From sequence record SRR22947727_5003: a stretch of 46,728 nucleotides of DNA; one strand, given 5' to 3'. Positions 31,331 to 42,280 of the stretch are shown here, piece by piece; the first letter of the stretch is position 1; every line of letters starts with the position of its first letter. The translations under genes and the position numbers were made by a program. Below the pieces are notes generated by a model. That model searched no databases. It was not told where the DNA came from and saw only the letters and a list, made by a program, of their open reading frames with translations.

Positions 31331-32047
31331 GTGGCAACAGCTGACAAGGCACGACGCGACCAGCTCAAGCAATTTACGGCCAGACAGACGCTCCACGCGC
31401 ATCACCGCTCTCGCTCGGTCAAAGACCAGTGGGTATGGAGCGTTGCAGCCGTAGTAGCCGTCACTATCTCCGGTCTGGGGTTGTGGGCCTATTCGACCAT
31501 TGGTCCTGGGAAGCCAGCCACTGTCGCTGACGCAAGTGTGAGCGAATACCGTGAATGGACCGGGGAACTGGTGTTGCGGGATGCCACTCTCGACATCACT
31601 CTGGATGGAGCGAGCGCCCCTCAGGCTGTCGCAAACTTCGTGGACCTGAACTCCCGCGGTTACTTTGATGACAGCGCGTGCCACCGACTCACCACAGAGG
31701 GACTCTTCGTGGTGCAGTGCGGAGACCCGCTAGGTCTTGGTATCGGAAACCCCGGATACACCTTTGGTCCTCTTGAGAACACCCCGGAGGACGGTGTCTA
31801 TGCGGCCGGGACCCTTGCTATGGCCCGAGCGTCCAACGACGCCTCCAGTATGGGCAGCCAGTTCTTCATCGTGTATGAGGACAGTGAGATCCCCGATGAC
31901 ATCGTGGGGGGTTACACCGTGTTCGGGCAGGTCACGAACGGGCTCGACGGCTTCATCAAGACCTATGTTGAACCGGGCACAGCAGATGGCTCCACCGATG
32001 GCCAACCTTCGATACCTGTATTTATCGAGAGCATCACAATCCGGTAA
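31331..32047 (+). CDS. Membrane-anchored cyclophilin-type peptidyl-prolyl isomerase (PpiB-like)
   Basis: Basic N-terminus plus transmembrane helix, then APQAVANF, CHRLT, QCGDP, GTLAMA, GSQFFIV and YTVFG.V..G motifs. Confidence 0.92.
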   Translation: MATADKARRDQLKQFTARQTLHAHHRSRSVKDQWVWSVAAVVAVTISGLGLWAYSTIGPGKPATVADASVSEYREWTGELVLRDATLDITLDGASAPQAVANFVDLNSRGYFDDSACHRLTTEGLFVVQCGDPLGLGIGNPGYTFGPLENTPEDGVYAAGTLAMARASNDASSMGSQFFIVYEDSEIPDDIVGGYTVFGQVTNGLDGFIKTYVEPGTADGSTDGQPSIPVFIESITIR

Positions 32048-32131
32048 TAACTTTGGCTCAGGCCCAAGTTGCGCTGTCTGCTGGAGTAGGCTGGCGGGCG
32101 TCCCACCGTAATGCACACAGTTCGAGGAGCC

Positions 32132-33349
32132 ATGGCAGCAGACGCCAATCCCCACGGTCGCGTTGACGACGATGGGACCGTACTCGTTCATGACGGCGGC
32201 ACATGGAGACCAGTCGGTAGCTTCCCTGACGGGACGCCGGAAGAAGCGCTTGCCTACTTCGAGCGCAAGTTTTCAGAACTCGAGGCCAAAGTAACCCTGG
32301 CCGAACAAAGGCTCGCCGCGAAAGCCTCCTCAAAGGACCTTTCGGCACAAGTCGACAAGCTTCTGCAAGAACTCATCGAGCCCTCGGCAGTGGGAGACCT
32401 ACCAGCACTGCGCACGAGAGCCCAGGCCGTCAAGGATGCACTCCCTGCTCTCGTCGAAGCTCAAGCGCAGGAGAATGCGGCGGCTCTCGATGAGGCACTG
32501 GCCACCCGCGAAGCGATTGTTGCGGAGATGGAGAAGCTCGCGGCAGAGGATGTCACCAAGATTCGCTGGAAAGCTGCCGGTCAGCGTATGACTGAGCTTT
32601 TCGAGCAGTGGCAAAATCACCAGCAAACGGGACCGCGTATCCCCAAGAAAACGGCAGACGTCCTGTGGGGTCGCTTCCGCACGGCAAAGAATTCACTGGA
32701 GAAGGCCAGACGGGCACATTTCCAGGAACTTGAATCCAAGACAAAAGAATCCAAAAACGTCAAGAAGGCTCTCATAGAGCAGGCCCAGGCCCTTGCGCCC
32801 CAGGGTGCCGAGGGAATCTCTTCGTACCAGAAGCTGCTCACACAGTGGAAGGCCGCACCCCGGGCTCAACGCAGCGTTGAAGATGCACTCTGGGCGAAGT
32901 TTAAGGCCGCGGGTGATGTTCTGTACCAGCAGAAAGCTGAACTGGATGCGAAGGAGGACGAAGCCAACGCAGGAAACCTGGAGCTCAAGCGTTCACTCCT
33001 CAAAGATTTTGCTGACATCCTCACACTGCAGGACCGCGATGCGGCAACTGCACGTCTGCGACTCTTCCACGAAAAATTCGGCGCGATTGGCCCTGTACCC
33101 AAGAAGGACGTGCGGTCAATTGATCAAGAGGTCAAGAAGTTTGACACCCATGTTCGAACACTGGATCAAGAATTCTGGGCCAAGAACGATCCCGAGAAGA
33201 AGGCCAGAACGTCATCCATGGCTCAACAACTCCTCGAAGCCATTGCGGATCTCGAGTCCAAACTCTCCAGTGCTACTGGCAAGGACAAAGAATCTTTAGA
33301 GGACGAGCTTGAGACCAAGAAGGCCTGGCTCGCAGTCGTCGAAGCTTAG
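32132..33349 (+). CDS. DUF349 repeat protein (start ATG 32132 preferred)
   Basis: GRVDDDGTV.V......R.VG......PEEALAYF.RKF N-terminus and repeated W...GPR....D.LW..F helical units. GAGGAG SD before 32132 and -10 TAGGCT at 32087-32092. Confidence 0.88.
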   Translation: MAADANPHGRVDDDGTVLVHDGGTWRPVGSFPDGTPEEALAYFERKFSELEAKVTLAEQRLAAKASSKDLSAQVDKLLQELIEPSAVGDLPALRTRAQAVKDALPALVEAQAQENAAALDEALATREAIVAEMEKLAAEDVTKIRWKAAGQRMTELFEQWQNHQQTGPRIPKKTADVLWGRFRTAKNSLEKARRAHFQELESKTKESKNVKKALIEQAQALAPQGAEGISSYQKLLTQWKAAPRAQRSVEDALWAKFKAAGDVLYQQKAELDAKEDEANAGNLELKRSLLKDFADILTLQDRDAATARLRLFHEKFGAIGPVPKKDVRSIDQEVKKFDTHVRTLDQEFWAKNDPEKKARTSSMAQQLLEAIADLESKLSSATGKDKESLEDELETKKAWLAVVEA

Positions 33350-33408
33350 TTCTCCACATTTTCGCTCGCCTTTGACACTCCACCGCTGATCTAGTCCATA
33401 CTCCGGGC

Positions 33409-33930
33409 ATGCACACTCCCCCGGAACACAGCTCGATTTCAGACGGCTACTCCCTCTCGCTCGGTGGCCTCTATTGGCCGAGACCATACTTTCCCTCCCG
33501 GACAGAGCGAGCGGCCCTCCTTGGGCAATCACTGCCGCACTGGGCGATCCCCACGGGCAATACCGCGGGGTGGATTTGGACGGGCATGGGGCTGCCCACA
33601 CCCCTCACGGTGCTACGACCGAGCACACCAGCACTGTCGCCGTTGGAGCGAGAGCACTGGAGAGCGAAAGAGGTTCGGGATTCTCGCCACACGGTGGTCG
33701 ACGTGGCGGGACAGAGCATTCTTGACCCTCTGAGCACAGAGATCGAACTGCTCAGTCATGGGCGAGACATCGACAGCGCGGCAACCCAGATACTTTTTCT
33801 CCGCACCTTGCGCGAACAGGAGGGCCATCCGATTGCAACGCGTATGTCGCCGTCCCAGAGAGAGCGCGCCCACGCCGTCCTCCAACGAGTGCGGGAGTTG
33901 GCCGAGCGTTATCCGGACATCACCCGATAG
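33409..33930 (+). CDS. Hypothetical protein, AbiEi-like (type IV antitoxin C-terminal-like), convergent with rel
   Basis: RAALL.......G.TA.WIW.G...P....V and V.G..I.DP..T..EL patterns resemble actinobacterial AbiEi-related proteins. CATACT lies 6 nt before the ATG. The family assignment is from memory. Confidence 0.55.
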   Translation: MHTPPEHSSISDGYSLSLGGLYWPRPYFPSRTERAALLGQSLPHWAIPTGNTAGWIWTGMGLPTPLTVLRPSTPALSPLEREHWRAKEVRDSRHTVVDVAGQSILDPLSTEIELLSHGRDIDSAATQILFLRTLREQEGHPIATRMSPSQRERAHAVLQRVRELAERYPDITR

Positions 33931-36161
33931 ACGTCGTAGACCGCATCAATACGTCGCACGGCGTTCAGCACCCTATCGAGGTGTGTCACCTCTCCCATCT
34001 CAAAGACAAATCGGGATATGGCGAGGTGGTTATCACTGGTATTTACGGTCGCCGAAAGGATATTCACGTGGTGCTCGGAGAGCACCCGCGTCACATCCGA
34101 GAGCAATCCGGGACGATCGAGCGCTTCAATCTGGATGTGCACTAGGAACACGCTCCCCTTGGTGGGAGCCCACTCGACCTCGATCATGCGATCAGGATCT
34201 TGCATCAGAGTGCTGATGTTGCTGCAGTCCTCTCGGTGAACGCTCACCCCTGTCCCCCGGGTCACAAATCCGACAATCGGGTCACCCGGCACTGGGGTAC
34301 AACAACGAGCAAGCTTCACCAGAATGTCAGGCGCACCTCGCACCAGTACTCCCGATTCACTGACTCTGCGGGGTGAGCGTGACCTGCTCGCGGTCTGAAA
34401 AAGGTCCTCATCACCGTCGTCATCGGCCTGGACAATGCCAAGAATCTTCTCAATCACAGACTGCGTGGAGACGTGTCCCTCTCCCACTGCGGCGTAGAGA
34501 GCCTCAACATCGGGATAGTTGAGTTGCGCAGCGACACCGGCTACAGACTCTTGGTTCATGAGTTTCTGAAGCGGAAGGTTCTGCTTGCGCATCGCTCGCG
34601 CAATCGCATCTTTACCCTGCTCGACGGCTTCCTCACGACGTTCCTTCGTGAACCATTGACGGATCTTGCTCCGAGCCCGCTGAGAGGTGACGAAGTTCAA
34701 CCAGTCCTGACTTGGTCCCGCGTCGGGGTTCTTGGAGGTGAAAATCTCCACGGAATCACCGCTGGAAAGTTCTGTGTCGAGGGGCACCAGGCGCTGGTTG
34801 ACTTTGGCCCCCATGGTGCGATGCCCGACCTCAGTGTGAACTGCGTAGGCAAAGTCAACGGGTGTCGCGCCCTTGGGCAAACCGATGACCTTTCCTTGCG
34901 GGGTGAACACGTAAAGCTCTTTGGCCCCAATCTCGTATCGAAGCGTTTCCAAGAACTCTGCAGGGTCGGTCGTCTCTGCTTGCCAATCCGACAGGTGAGC
35001 CAGCCAGGCCATATCTGTGTCGTGGGACGCGCGTTCAACACCTTTGCCTTGAGACGCCATTCGCTCTTTGTATTTCCAGTGGGCGGCCACTCCAAACTCA
35101 GCCCGCTGGTGCATGTCAGTCGTACGAATCTGAATCTCGACCGGCCTACCCTCGGGCCCGTAGACGGTCGTATGCAAAGACTGGTACAGGTTGAACTTCG
35201 GCGTGGCAATGTAATCCTTGAAGCGCCCGGGCATCGGGTTCCACCGGGCGTGCACCGCACCCAGAGCTGCGTAGCAGTCTCGGATCGAGCTGACCAAGAC
35301 ACGAATACCGGTGAGGTCATGGATATCAGTGAAGTCCCGCCCTCGATTGACCATCTTCTGATAGATCGAAAAGTACTGTTTCGGTCGTCCGCCAACCTCG
35401 GCTTTGATTTTTGCCTTCCGCAGGTCATCCTGCACCGTCTCAATGACGGAATCGACGAAGGCCTCGCGCTCCGGCGACCGGGTTTTCACCAACGACTCAA
35501 TTTCCATATAAATCTTGGGGTGCAGCACAGCAAAGGAGAGATCCTCAAGCTCCCACTTCACCGTTTGAATTCCGAGGCGATGCGCGAGGGGTGTGTAGAT
35601 CTCGAGCGTCTCCTGAGCCTTCTTCTGAGCTGACTCCGGTGAAACAAAACCCCAGGTCCTGGCGTTGTGGAGGCGGTCCGCAAGCTTAATCACCAACACC
35701 CTGATGTCTTTCGACATCGCCACAATCATCTTTCGCACGGTCTCGGCTTGCGCGTTCTCCCCGTACTTCACCTTGTCGAGCTTGGTCACACCATCAACGA
35801 GCATGCCTATCTCGTCGCCAAAATCCGCTTTGAGTTGGTCGAGCGAGTACTCGGTATCCTCCACCGTGTCATGCAGCAGTGCTGCCGCAATGGTGATGGG
35901 CCCGATTCCGAGCTCTGCGAGGATCTGCGCCACTGCAAGTGGATGAGTGATGTAGGGCTCGCCGCTGTGGCGAGTCTGTCCGACGTGCGCCTTTTCGGCG
36001 ACACGATACGCCCGTTCCACAAGGTTGACATCAGCTTTCGGGTGGTGCTTGCGCACCGTTTTGAACAATGTCTCCAGGGCGTTATCAGTAGGCGCCCTCG
36101 AGAACAGCCGGGGAAGCAACGCACGCAAGCTTGTGGACGAAGAACTCTGAACCTCAGTCAC
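33909..36161 (-). CDS. rel: Bifunctional (p)ppGpp synthetase/hydrolase Rel
   Basis: H.GQ.R.SGEPY..HP, LHDTVED (intact HD domain), RFKDYIA.PK.N.YQSLHT, EIQIRT, TGS domain (TPVDFAY.VHT), CC motif and ACT domain. -10 TACACT at 36184-36189. Confidence 0.98.
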   Translation of the reverse strand: MTEVQSSSSTSLRALLPRLFSRAPTDNALETLFKTVRKHHPKADVNLVERAYRVAEKAHVGQTRHSGEPYITHPLAVAQILAELGIGPITIAAALLHDTVEDTEYSLDQLKADFGDEIGMLVDGVTKLDKVKYGENAQAETVRKMIVAMSKDIRVLVIKLADRLHNARTWGFVSPESAQKKAQETLEIYTPLAHRLGIQTVKWELEDLSFAVLHPKIYMEIESLVKTRSPEREAFVDSVIETVQDDLRKAKIKAEVGGRPKQYFSIYQKMVNRGRDFTDIHDLTGIRVLVSSIRDCYAALGAVHARWNPMPGRFKDYIATPKFNLYQSLHTTVYGPEGRPVEIQIRTTDMHQRAEFGVAAHWKYKERMASQGKGVERASHDTDMAWLAHLSDWQAETTDPAEFLETLRYEIGAKELYVFTPQGKVIGLPKGATPVDFAYAVHTEVGHRTMGAKVNQRLVPLDTELSSGDSVEIFTSKNPDAGPSQDWLNFVTSQRARSKIRQWFTKERREEAVEQGKDAIARAMRKQNLPLQKLMNQESVAGVAAQLNYPDVEALYAAVGEGHVSTQSVIEKILGIVQADDDGDEDLFQTASRSRSPRRVSESGVLVRGAPDILVKLARCCTPVPGDPIVGFVTRGTGVSVHREDCSNISTLMQDPDRMIEVEWAPTKGSVFLVHIQIEALDRPGLLSDVTRVLSEHHVNILSATVNTSDNHLAISRFVFEMGEVTHLDRVLNAVRRIDAVYDVYRVMSG

Positions 36162-36217
36162 TGCGCACCCCCTCTCCCCTGACAGTGTACGAGGGACGAG
36201 GTGAAAACTGCTGGGTC

Positions 36218-37213
36218 CTAGCGAACCGCGCCAGAGGCGGGTCTGGCTTCGCGAACACGACGACCCTGCTTCTTATTCTCGGGCTCGTTCTCACGCAGAT
36301 GCACGTAGAGCGGAGCCGCAATGAAAATGCTGGAATAAGTCCCTGCGATCATCCCGATGAAGAGCGCCAGGGCTATATCTCGCAAGGTACCTGCACCCAA
36401 CAAGACTGACCCGATAAAGAGAATGGAACCGACCGGTAGTACCGCAACCACAGAGGTGTTAATGGACCGGACCAGGGTTTGGTTCACAGCAAGATTGACC
36501 GATTCAGCGAAGGTACGCCTGCTCTCTTCGCCGTCCTGCGACGTGTTTTCACGCACCTTGTCAAACACGACAACCGTGTCATAGAGCGAGTACCCGAGAA
36601 TCGTGAGCAATCCAATGACGGCGGCTGGAGTGATTTCATAGCCCAGGACACCGTAAACCCCTGCGGTCAAAATCAGGTCGTGGGCGAGTGCCGTCAGGGC
36701 TGCAATGGACATCTTCCACGTTCGGAAATACAGCGCCATGACCAGAGAAACCAGCACGAGGAACACGAACAAACCAATCAGTGCCTGTCGCGTAATGTCT
36801 TGACCCCAGGTCGCGCCGATGAACGATGCTGTGACGGCTTCCACGTCCACGGCGTATGCATCCGCAAGGTCACCACGAAGCTCGGTTGTTTGTTGATCGG
36901 TGAGCTGCTCGGTCTGCACTCTGACCGAATCACCACCCACAATCGACACACGAGGGTTAGAGGTCACGCCCGCAACGGAGGTCACCGTATCAATCGCTGT
37001 TTGTTCAGATAGTGACGCTGGCGCGGAGATACGGAACTCAGAGCCGCCCCGGAACTCAATGCCGAAGGTGAATCCACCGCGGAGAATGGTAAGAACAATG
37101 GCCAGGACGACGATGGAAGCACCGATCACATACCAACGGACTCTGTTGCCGACAAAATCAAAAGACTTCTCCCCCGTGTAGAGGGCGTTACCAAAGGTTG
37201 TCAGACGAGACAT
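36218..37213 (-). CDS. secF: Protein translocase subunit SecF
   Basis: [39 protein letters not shown] and GTYSSIFIA motifs. Confidence 0.97.
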   Translation of the reverse strand: MSRLTTFGNALYTGEKSFDFVGNRVRWYVIGASIVVLAIVLTILRGGFTFGIEFRGGSEFRISAPASLSEQTAIDTVTSVAGVTSNPRVSIVGGDSVRVQTEQLTDQQTTELRGDLADAYAVDVEAVTASFIGATWGQDITRQALIGLFVFLVLVSLVMALYFRTWKMSIAALTALAHDLILTAGVYGVLGYEITPAAVIGLLTILGYSLYDTVVVFDKVRENTSQDGEESRRTFAESVNLAVNQTLVRSINTSVVAVLPVGSILFIGSVLLGAGTLRDIALALFIGMIAGTYSSIFIAAPLYVHLRENEPENKKQGRRVREARPASGAVR

Positions 37214-38886
37214 CAGCTCTTCCTTTCCGCTTCGGCTTCTTCAGCGGCTTTTCGCTCGGCAATCGTTTGGCGACGCTTCACTTCACGGGCACTCTTTTTG
37301 CGAGCGGTGACGTCGACGTCCACCGGATCCCTAAATTTTGCTCTCCCCCGATACACCGCTCCCAGCGCGCGCGGGTCAAGGCCGCTCAACGGGTGACCGG
37401 AGCCGAAGAATCGCGTGCGTCCCATCAACGTCATCAGAGGCTGCGTGAAAAGGGCCACGATAATCAGGTCGACAATGGTGGTGATACCCAGTGTGAAGGC
37501 AAAGCCTCGCACATTCCCTACCGCGAGGATAAACAACACTGCCGCCGCGAGGAAACCCACCGCATCCGAGGCAAGAATCGTCCGGAAAGCGCGCTTCCAC
37601 GCAGCAGAAATTGCCGAGTCAAGGACTCGCCCATCCCTCAACTCGTCGCGAATACGTTCAAAGAACACGATGAACGAGTCGGCGGTGATACCAATCGCCA
37701 CGATCAAACCAGCAACTCCCGCGAGCGAGAGGCGATAACCCTGCGAGTTGGACAGATAGGTGATGACGAAGTAACTCAGGATAAAGGCCACCGTGAGGGA
37801 GAAAACAGTCACGAACCCGAGTGTGCGGTACTGGAACAGCGAATACAGGACAACCAGGAGAAGACCTATAGCTCCGGCGAGCAGACCACTCTGCAACTGG
37901 GTAAGCCCCAGTGTCGCCGTGATGGTCTCCGCACTTTGCACTTCGAAACCGATAGGGAGCGCACCGAACTTCAACTGGTCAGCCAACACCTCTGCCGAGA
38001 GTTGCGAGAACGATCCGCTGATCTGCGGACGTCCGTCGGTAATGGCGGCAAGTGTCCGAGGCGCGCTGATGACGCGCCCGTCGAGCACAATCGCGAACTG
38101 ATTCTGCACTCCCGGCAGCCCGACGAGGCGCTCGGTGACAGTCCTGAAGCTCTCGGTGCCTGGCTCATCGAACTCGAGGAATACGCCCCACTCCGTCGTG
38201 ACGGTTCCCTGGGGGCCCGGGACAAGACCTGCAATCGCGTCCTCAATGGTCTCGCCTGCGACCTCAACGGGTCCAAGAATGTACTTCTGAGCTCCGAACT
38301 CGTCGCACGTCACCAGAGGCAGAGTGGGGTCTGCAACATTGGCACCCAAGCCGTCGAGCTGGTCACAGCTGAGGTCGTTGTAGGCCTGGTCCACATCAGA
38401 GGTGACCCACGCGAGGTCGCTGGGGTTGTCGGGTGTGCGATCGGGGTCAACAAACTCGACACCGTCCGAGACCGCGGTGTCTTCTGTTGTGGCGATTCCC
38501 GCGCGCAACACCGCGCGGAATTCGAGCTTCGCCGAGGAGCGAATTCGCTCAAGTGTCGCTTGATCGGGCACCCCAGGGATTGACACCACGATGTTGGCAC
38601 CGCCCTGGGTACTCACCTCAGCCTCGGCAACACCACCAGCGTCAACACGCTGACGAATGATGGCTACCGCCTGATCCAGCTGCTCTTCCGAAACAGTCTG
38701 ATTTTCCGCAATTTGTGGGGCAAGGATGATCTGAGTCCCACCCTGAAGGTCAAGTGCGAGCTTCGGGACCCACGACCCAGTGCCTTGCCACACAGCGAGG
38801 GCATTGCCCCCGATAAGCAAGACGAAAATAACGCCGAGCCAGATGAATTTCCTCCAGGCGGAGGACACGGCTGATTGAGAGGCCAA
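37213..38886 (-). CDS. secD: Protein translocase subunit SecD (TTG start)
   Basis: LALDLQGG, RV...GV.E, AIVLDG..ISAP, G.LP, GITADS.IV.FERIRDE and VRGFA.TL motifs. Confidence 0.97.
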   Translation of the reverse strand: MASQSAVSSAWRKFIWLGVIFVLLIGGNALAVWQGTGSWVPKLALDLQGGTQIILAPQIAENQTVSEEQLDQAVAIIRQRVDAGGVAEAEVSTQGGANIVVSIPGVPDQATLERIRSSAKLEFRAVLRAGIATTEDTAVSDGVEFVDPDRTPDNPSDLAWVTSDVDQAYNDLSCDQLDGLGANVADPTLPLVTCDEFGAQKYILGPVEVAGETIEDAIAGLVPGPQGTVTTEWGVFLEFDEPGTESFRTVTERLVGLPGVQNQFAIVLDGRVISAPRTLAAITDGRPQISGSFSQLSAEVLADQLKFGALPIGFEVQSAETITATLGLTQLQSGLLAGAIGLLLVVLYSLFQYRTLGFVTVFSLTVAFILSYFVITYLSNSQGYRLSLAGVAGLIVAIGITADSFIVFFERIRDELRDGRVLDSAISAAWKRAFRTILASDAVGFLAAAVLFILAVGNVRGFAFTLGITTIVDLIIVALFTQPLMTLMGRTRFFGSGHPLSGLDPRALGAVYRGRAKFRDPVDVDVTARKKSAREVKRRQTIAERKAAEEAEAERKS

Positions 38887-38913
38887 AGCGGAAACTTTCA
38901 GTGAGGGTTGGGG

Positions 38914-39225
38914 CTAGGAGGACTTATCAGAAGCTTCTTCAGCGGGCGCTTCAGCGTCGCTAGTTTCCTCTTCGACAACCTTAGTGAGGGTTTGACGGTG
39001 GACTTTGATGGTCACACCTTTTCCAACATCCAAAGTCGCGACATTGTTCTCGTCGTCAAGCTCAAGAACGGTCGCATAGAGCCCAAATGAGGTCATCACG
39101 TCTGCGCCTGGCTTCAGCTTCTCCTGCAGCTCTTCCTGGGTTTTTCTCTGCTTCCGGGAATTGCGAATCATGAAATAGATCAGCATCCCGAGGATGGCGA
39201 TCATAAACAGGGAGATGGGATCCAT
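38914..39225 (-). CDS. yajC: Preprotein translocase subunit YajC
   Basis: N-terminal transmembrane helix, then L.PG.DVMT..GLY.TV. ruvB-yajC-secD synteny. Confidence 0.93.
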   Translation of the reverse strand: MDPISLFMIAILGMLIYFMIRNSRKQRKTQEELQEKLKPGADVMTSFGLYATVLELDDENNVATLDVGKGVTIKVHRQTLTKVVEEETSDAEAPAEEASDKSS

Positions 39226-39277
39226 GGCGAACCACGTGCCTTTCCATTGCCTCTAAAGGGTTTTCGCTACCAGGTAA

Positions 39278-40288
39278 CTATAGGTCATTACGGCTGGGCG
39301 CTTCATGGCCCAGGTGTGCGTAGGCCGCCAGAGTGGCCTGGCGACCCCGCGGTGTCCGCTGAATGAACCCTTGCCGCACGAGGAAAGGCTCGACGACTGA
39401 CTCGATTGTCTCGGCCTCCTCCCCCACGCTCACCGACAGGGTCCCCAAGCCCACAGGTCCCCCGGCGAACTTGCGAATTAAGGTGTCCAACACCGCGCGG
39501 TCCAAGCGATCCAGGCCTAATTCGTCCACGTCATAGAGCAACAGCGCGGCTTGAACAGAGTCGACATCAGGGGCGGTGTCGTGAACCAACACATAATCCC
39601 GGACTCTTCTCAAGAGACGATTCGCTATCCGCGGTGTGCCACGAGAGCGAGACGCAATCTCTGCCAACGCCTCCGTGGGCCACGTCAGACCGAGAACCGC
39701 GCTCGATCGCTTCACAACCTCAGTCAGTTCGACCTCCGAATAGAACTCAAGATGGGCGGTGAAGCCAAACCGATCTCGGAGCGGTCCGGGAAGCAGCCCG
39801 GAACGGGTCGTCGCACCAACAAGGGTGAAGGGTGCGAGGTCGAGGGGAAGAGTTGTCGCGCCAGCGCCTTTCCCCACCATGATGTCAATTCGAAAATCTT
39901 CCATAGCGAGATAAAGCATCTCTTCTGCGGGACGCGCCATCCGGTGAATCTCGTCGATGAACAGCACCTCTCCCGGTACCAAGGACGACAGAACGGCGGC
40001 GAGGTCACCAGCGTGGTTGATGGCCGGCCCACTGGTAATCCGCAAAGACTGCTGAGTCTCCTCCGCCACAATCATCGCGAGGGTCGTCTTGCCCAGACCA
40101 GGTGGGCCTGACAGGAGAATGTGATCAGGGGTTCGATTTTCCTTCTTCGCTGCATCAAGCAGTAGGACGAGTTGCTCTCGCACTTTGCTCTGACCGACAA
40201 ACTCCCCCAGTGATTTTGGGCGCAACGCACCCTCGAACTGGACCTCCCCCTCGGACTCTGGCGGGGCGGGGTCTATCTCTTCATTCAC
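39278..40288 (-). CDS. ruvB: Holliday junction branch migration ATPase
   Basis: [52 protein letters not shown] and RTPRGR motifs. Confidence 0.98.
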   Translation of the reverse strand: MNEEIDPAPPESEGEVQFEGALRPKSLGEFVGQSKVREQLVLLLDAAKKENRTPDHILLSGPPGLGKTTLAMIVAEETQQSLRITSGPAINHAGDLAAVLSSLVPGEVLFIDEIHRMARPAEEMLYLAMEDFRIDIMVGKGAGATTLPLDLAPFTLVGATTRSGLLPGPLRDRFGFTAHLEFYSEVELTEVVKRSSAVLGLTWPTEALAEIASRSRGTPRIANRLLRRVRDYVLVHDTAPDVDSVQAALLLYDVDELGLDRLDRAVLDTLIRKFAGGPVGLGTLSVSVGEEAETIESVVEPFLVRQGFIQRTPRGRQATLAAYAHLGHEAPSRNDL

Positions 40289-40911
40289 CGTCGTGGCTCC
40301 CTGTTGGTCTGGGGCCCCAGAATACTCAGTGCTTCGCGCAGAAGCGTCGAAGCATCCACAGGCTCTCCTGACGCTGCTTCGAGCACTTGCTCAACTCCAC
40401 CGCGGGCAATTTTCTCCGACCACCCCAGACCTACTAAAGCCTGGACCACAGAGGCCCTCACTACTTCAGAGATATCCGCGACAACCGGGGGTTCCCCGGC
40501 TGTAGTCGGCAGATGGTCAAACGCACCCTGAAGGGACAACACAATCAACTTCGCAGTCTTCGCACCCACGCCACTGACCGCGCGGAAAGCCGCGTCATTC
40601 TCGGTGAGAACCGCATCATGGATAGCAGCGGGAGTCATGTGCCCAAGAACAGCGAGAGCCATCTTCGGTCCCACGCCGTTAACGCTACGGAGAAGCCCAA
40701 ACAGCCCCAATTCCTCGGGGGTTTCAAACCCGAAGATGGCGACATGGTCATCCCTCACGACCATGGCAGTGTGAAGGTGAAGTTCCTCTCCAACGGATAA
40801 GCGCAGTGCACTGCGGTCTGGCACCGTGACGAGGTAACCGATGCCCTGAACTTCGACCACAACTTCGGGACCGGCAATATCAGCAACGACGCCACGAAGA
40901 GATGCAATCAC
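40285..40911 (-). CDS. ruvA: Holliday junction branch migration DNA-binding subunit
   Basis: [28 protein letters not shown] and AL.GLGW motifs. Confidence 0.96.
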   Translation of the reverse strand: MIASLRGVVADIAGPEVVVEVQGIGYLVTVPDRSALRLSVGEELHLHTAMVVRDDHVAIFGFETPEELGLFGLLRSVNGVGPKMALAVLGHMTPAAIHDAVLTENDAAFRAVSGVGAKTAKLIVLSLQGAFDHLPTTAGEPPVVADISEVVRASVVQALVGLGWSEKIARGGVEQVLEAASGEPVDASTLLREALSILGPQTNREPRR

Positions 40912-41480
40912 TGTGTCAGCCTAGGTCGCTTCGCTTTTGCTTCTGCCGCTCGCCACGCCTGTTGTGCGGGAGTGAGAGCATTCTCCCCCGATCCGGCGCC
41001 AGGTGAGACTCCTCGCCATGCTTCGGTAATGGCTAGTGCCAAAGCATCGGCAGCGTCGGCGGGCTTTGGAATTTCTTCCAACCCCAAAATGGCCTGCACG
41101 AGAGATCCAACCTGGCTTTTGGACGCTCGGCCGTGCCCAGTCACGGCAGCCTTCACTTCGCTGGGTGTCCTCAGGGAGACGGGAATCGAGCGCTCATGTG
41201 CAAGAGCGAACACCACCCCGCTGATTTGCGCAGTTCCCATGACCGTCCGCACGTTGTGTTGGGCAAAGACTCGCTCCAACGCAACCACATCGGGTGAATA
41301 TTCGTCCAAGACCTGAGCCAACTGTTGGGAGAGCGCCCCGATACGAGACGCTGTCTCGTCGTGCGCCGGGGTTCGATAAACATCGACGTGGACGAGTGAC
41401 ACCGAGCGGCCCGGCCCGTGCTCGATGACACCGACACCAAGCCTCGTCAATCCTGGATCGATACCGAGGATTGTTGTCAT
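40908..41480 (-). CDS. ruvC: Crossover junction endodeoxyribonuclease
   Basis: LGIDPG, ALERVF, TPSEVK.AVTG.G.A.K.QV and DAADALALA motifs. Confidence 0.97.
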   Translation of the reverse strand: MTTILGIDPGLTRLGVGVIEHGPGRSVSLVHVDVYRTPAHDETASRIGALSQQLAQVLDEYSPDVVALERVFAQHNVRTVMGTAQISGVVFALAHERSIPVSLRTPSEVKAAVTGHGRASKSQVGSLVQAILGLEEIPKPADAADALALAITEAWRGVSPGAGSGENALTPAQQAWRAAEAKAKRPRLTQ

Positions 41481-41489
41481 GCCGCCACG

Positions 41490-42254
41490 CTACTCGTCGA
41501 GCGCGTCCAAAGCCTGAGCCACCTCGGGGCTGAGGTCCATGTTTGTGAAGACATTTTGGACGTCGTCACTGTCTTCCAACGCGTCCACCAACCCCAGAAC
41601 TTTCTGAGCCGTAGCCACATCGACCTCGATTTTGACACTGGGGACGAACTCGGCCTCTGCGGCGTCATAGTCAATGCCCGCTGCCTGAACCGCGCTTCTC
41701 GCCTCCACCAACTGTGACGGATCGGTGATGACCTCGAAGCCGCCGCCGCGATCAATCACTTCCTCTGCCCCAGCGTCCAAAACTGCCAAGAGCAGGTCGT
41801 CCTCGGTGAGAGAGTCGGTCTTTGAAATCGACACGACCCCTTTTCGCGAAAAGTTGTAGGCGACGCTGCCAGGATCTCCCATGGTCCCGCCATTGCGCGA
41901 CATAATCGTGCGAACCTCGGCCGCAGCCCTGTTTTTGTTGTCTGTCAGGCACTCAATGAGGAGTGCAACTCCACCCGCCCCATAACCCTCATACATGATC
42001 GTCTGGTAGTCGATGGAATCACCGGTGAGGCCACCGCCACGCTTGACGGCGCGGTCAATATTGTCGTTCGGGACACTCGACTTCTTGGCTTTCTGGATGG
42101 CGTCCGCGAGGGTCGGGTTACCCGAAGGGTCAGGGCCGCCCACTTTTGCCGCTACCTCGATGTTCTTAATGAGCTTGGCGAAAGACTTAGCTCGACGAGC
42201 ATCGATGACGGCTTTTTTATGCTTAGTGGTAGCCCATTTAGAGTGGCCGGACAT
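41490..42254 (-). CDS. yebC: YebC/PmpR family protein
   Basis: [29 protein letters not shown] and [10 protein letters not shown] motifs. AAGGAGG SD. Confidence 0.96.
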   Translation of the reverse strand: MSGHSKWATTKHKKAVIDARRAKSFAKLIKNIEVAAKVGGPDPSGNPTLADAIQKAKKSSVPNDNIDRAVKRGGGLTGDSIDYQTIMYEGYGAGGVALLIECLTDNKNRAAAEVRTIMSRNGGTMGDPGSVAYNFSRKGVVSISKTDSLTEDDLLLAVLDAGAEEVIDRGGGFEVITDPSQLVEARSAVQAAGIDYDAAEAEFVPSVKIEVDVATAQKVLGLVDALEDSDDVQNVFTNMDLSPEVAQALDALDE

Positions 42255-42280
42255 ACGCCTCCTTGTATCGCCTGCCTATT

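Noticed and set aside
31331..33930. The three plus-strand genes as a horizontally acquired island or defence system
   Set aside because: Cyclophilin and DUF349 genes next to rel are ordinary actinobacterial synteny. There is no integrase, flanking repeat or visible compositional shift.
37198..38583. 461-aa plus-strand ORF antisense to secD (also 386 aa opposite rel at 34473-35633, 309 aa opposite alaS, 300 aa opposite thrS and 255 aa opposite carB)
   Set aside because: These are shadow frames produced by GC-rich codon bias on the opposite strand. They have no recognisable motifs and lie entirely over well-supported genes.
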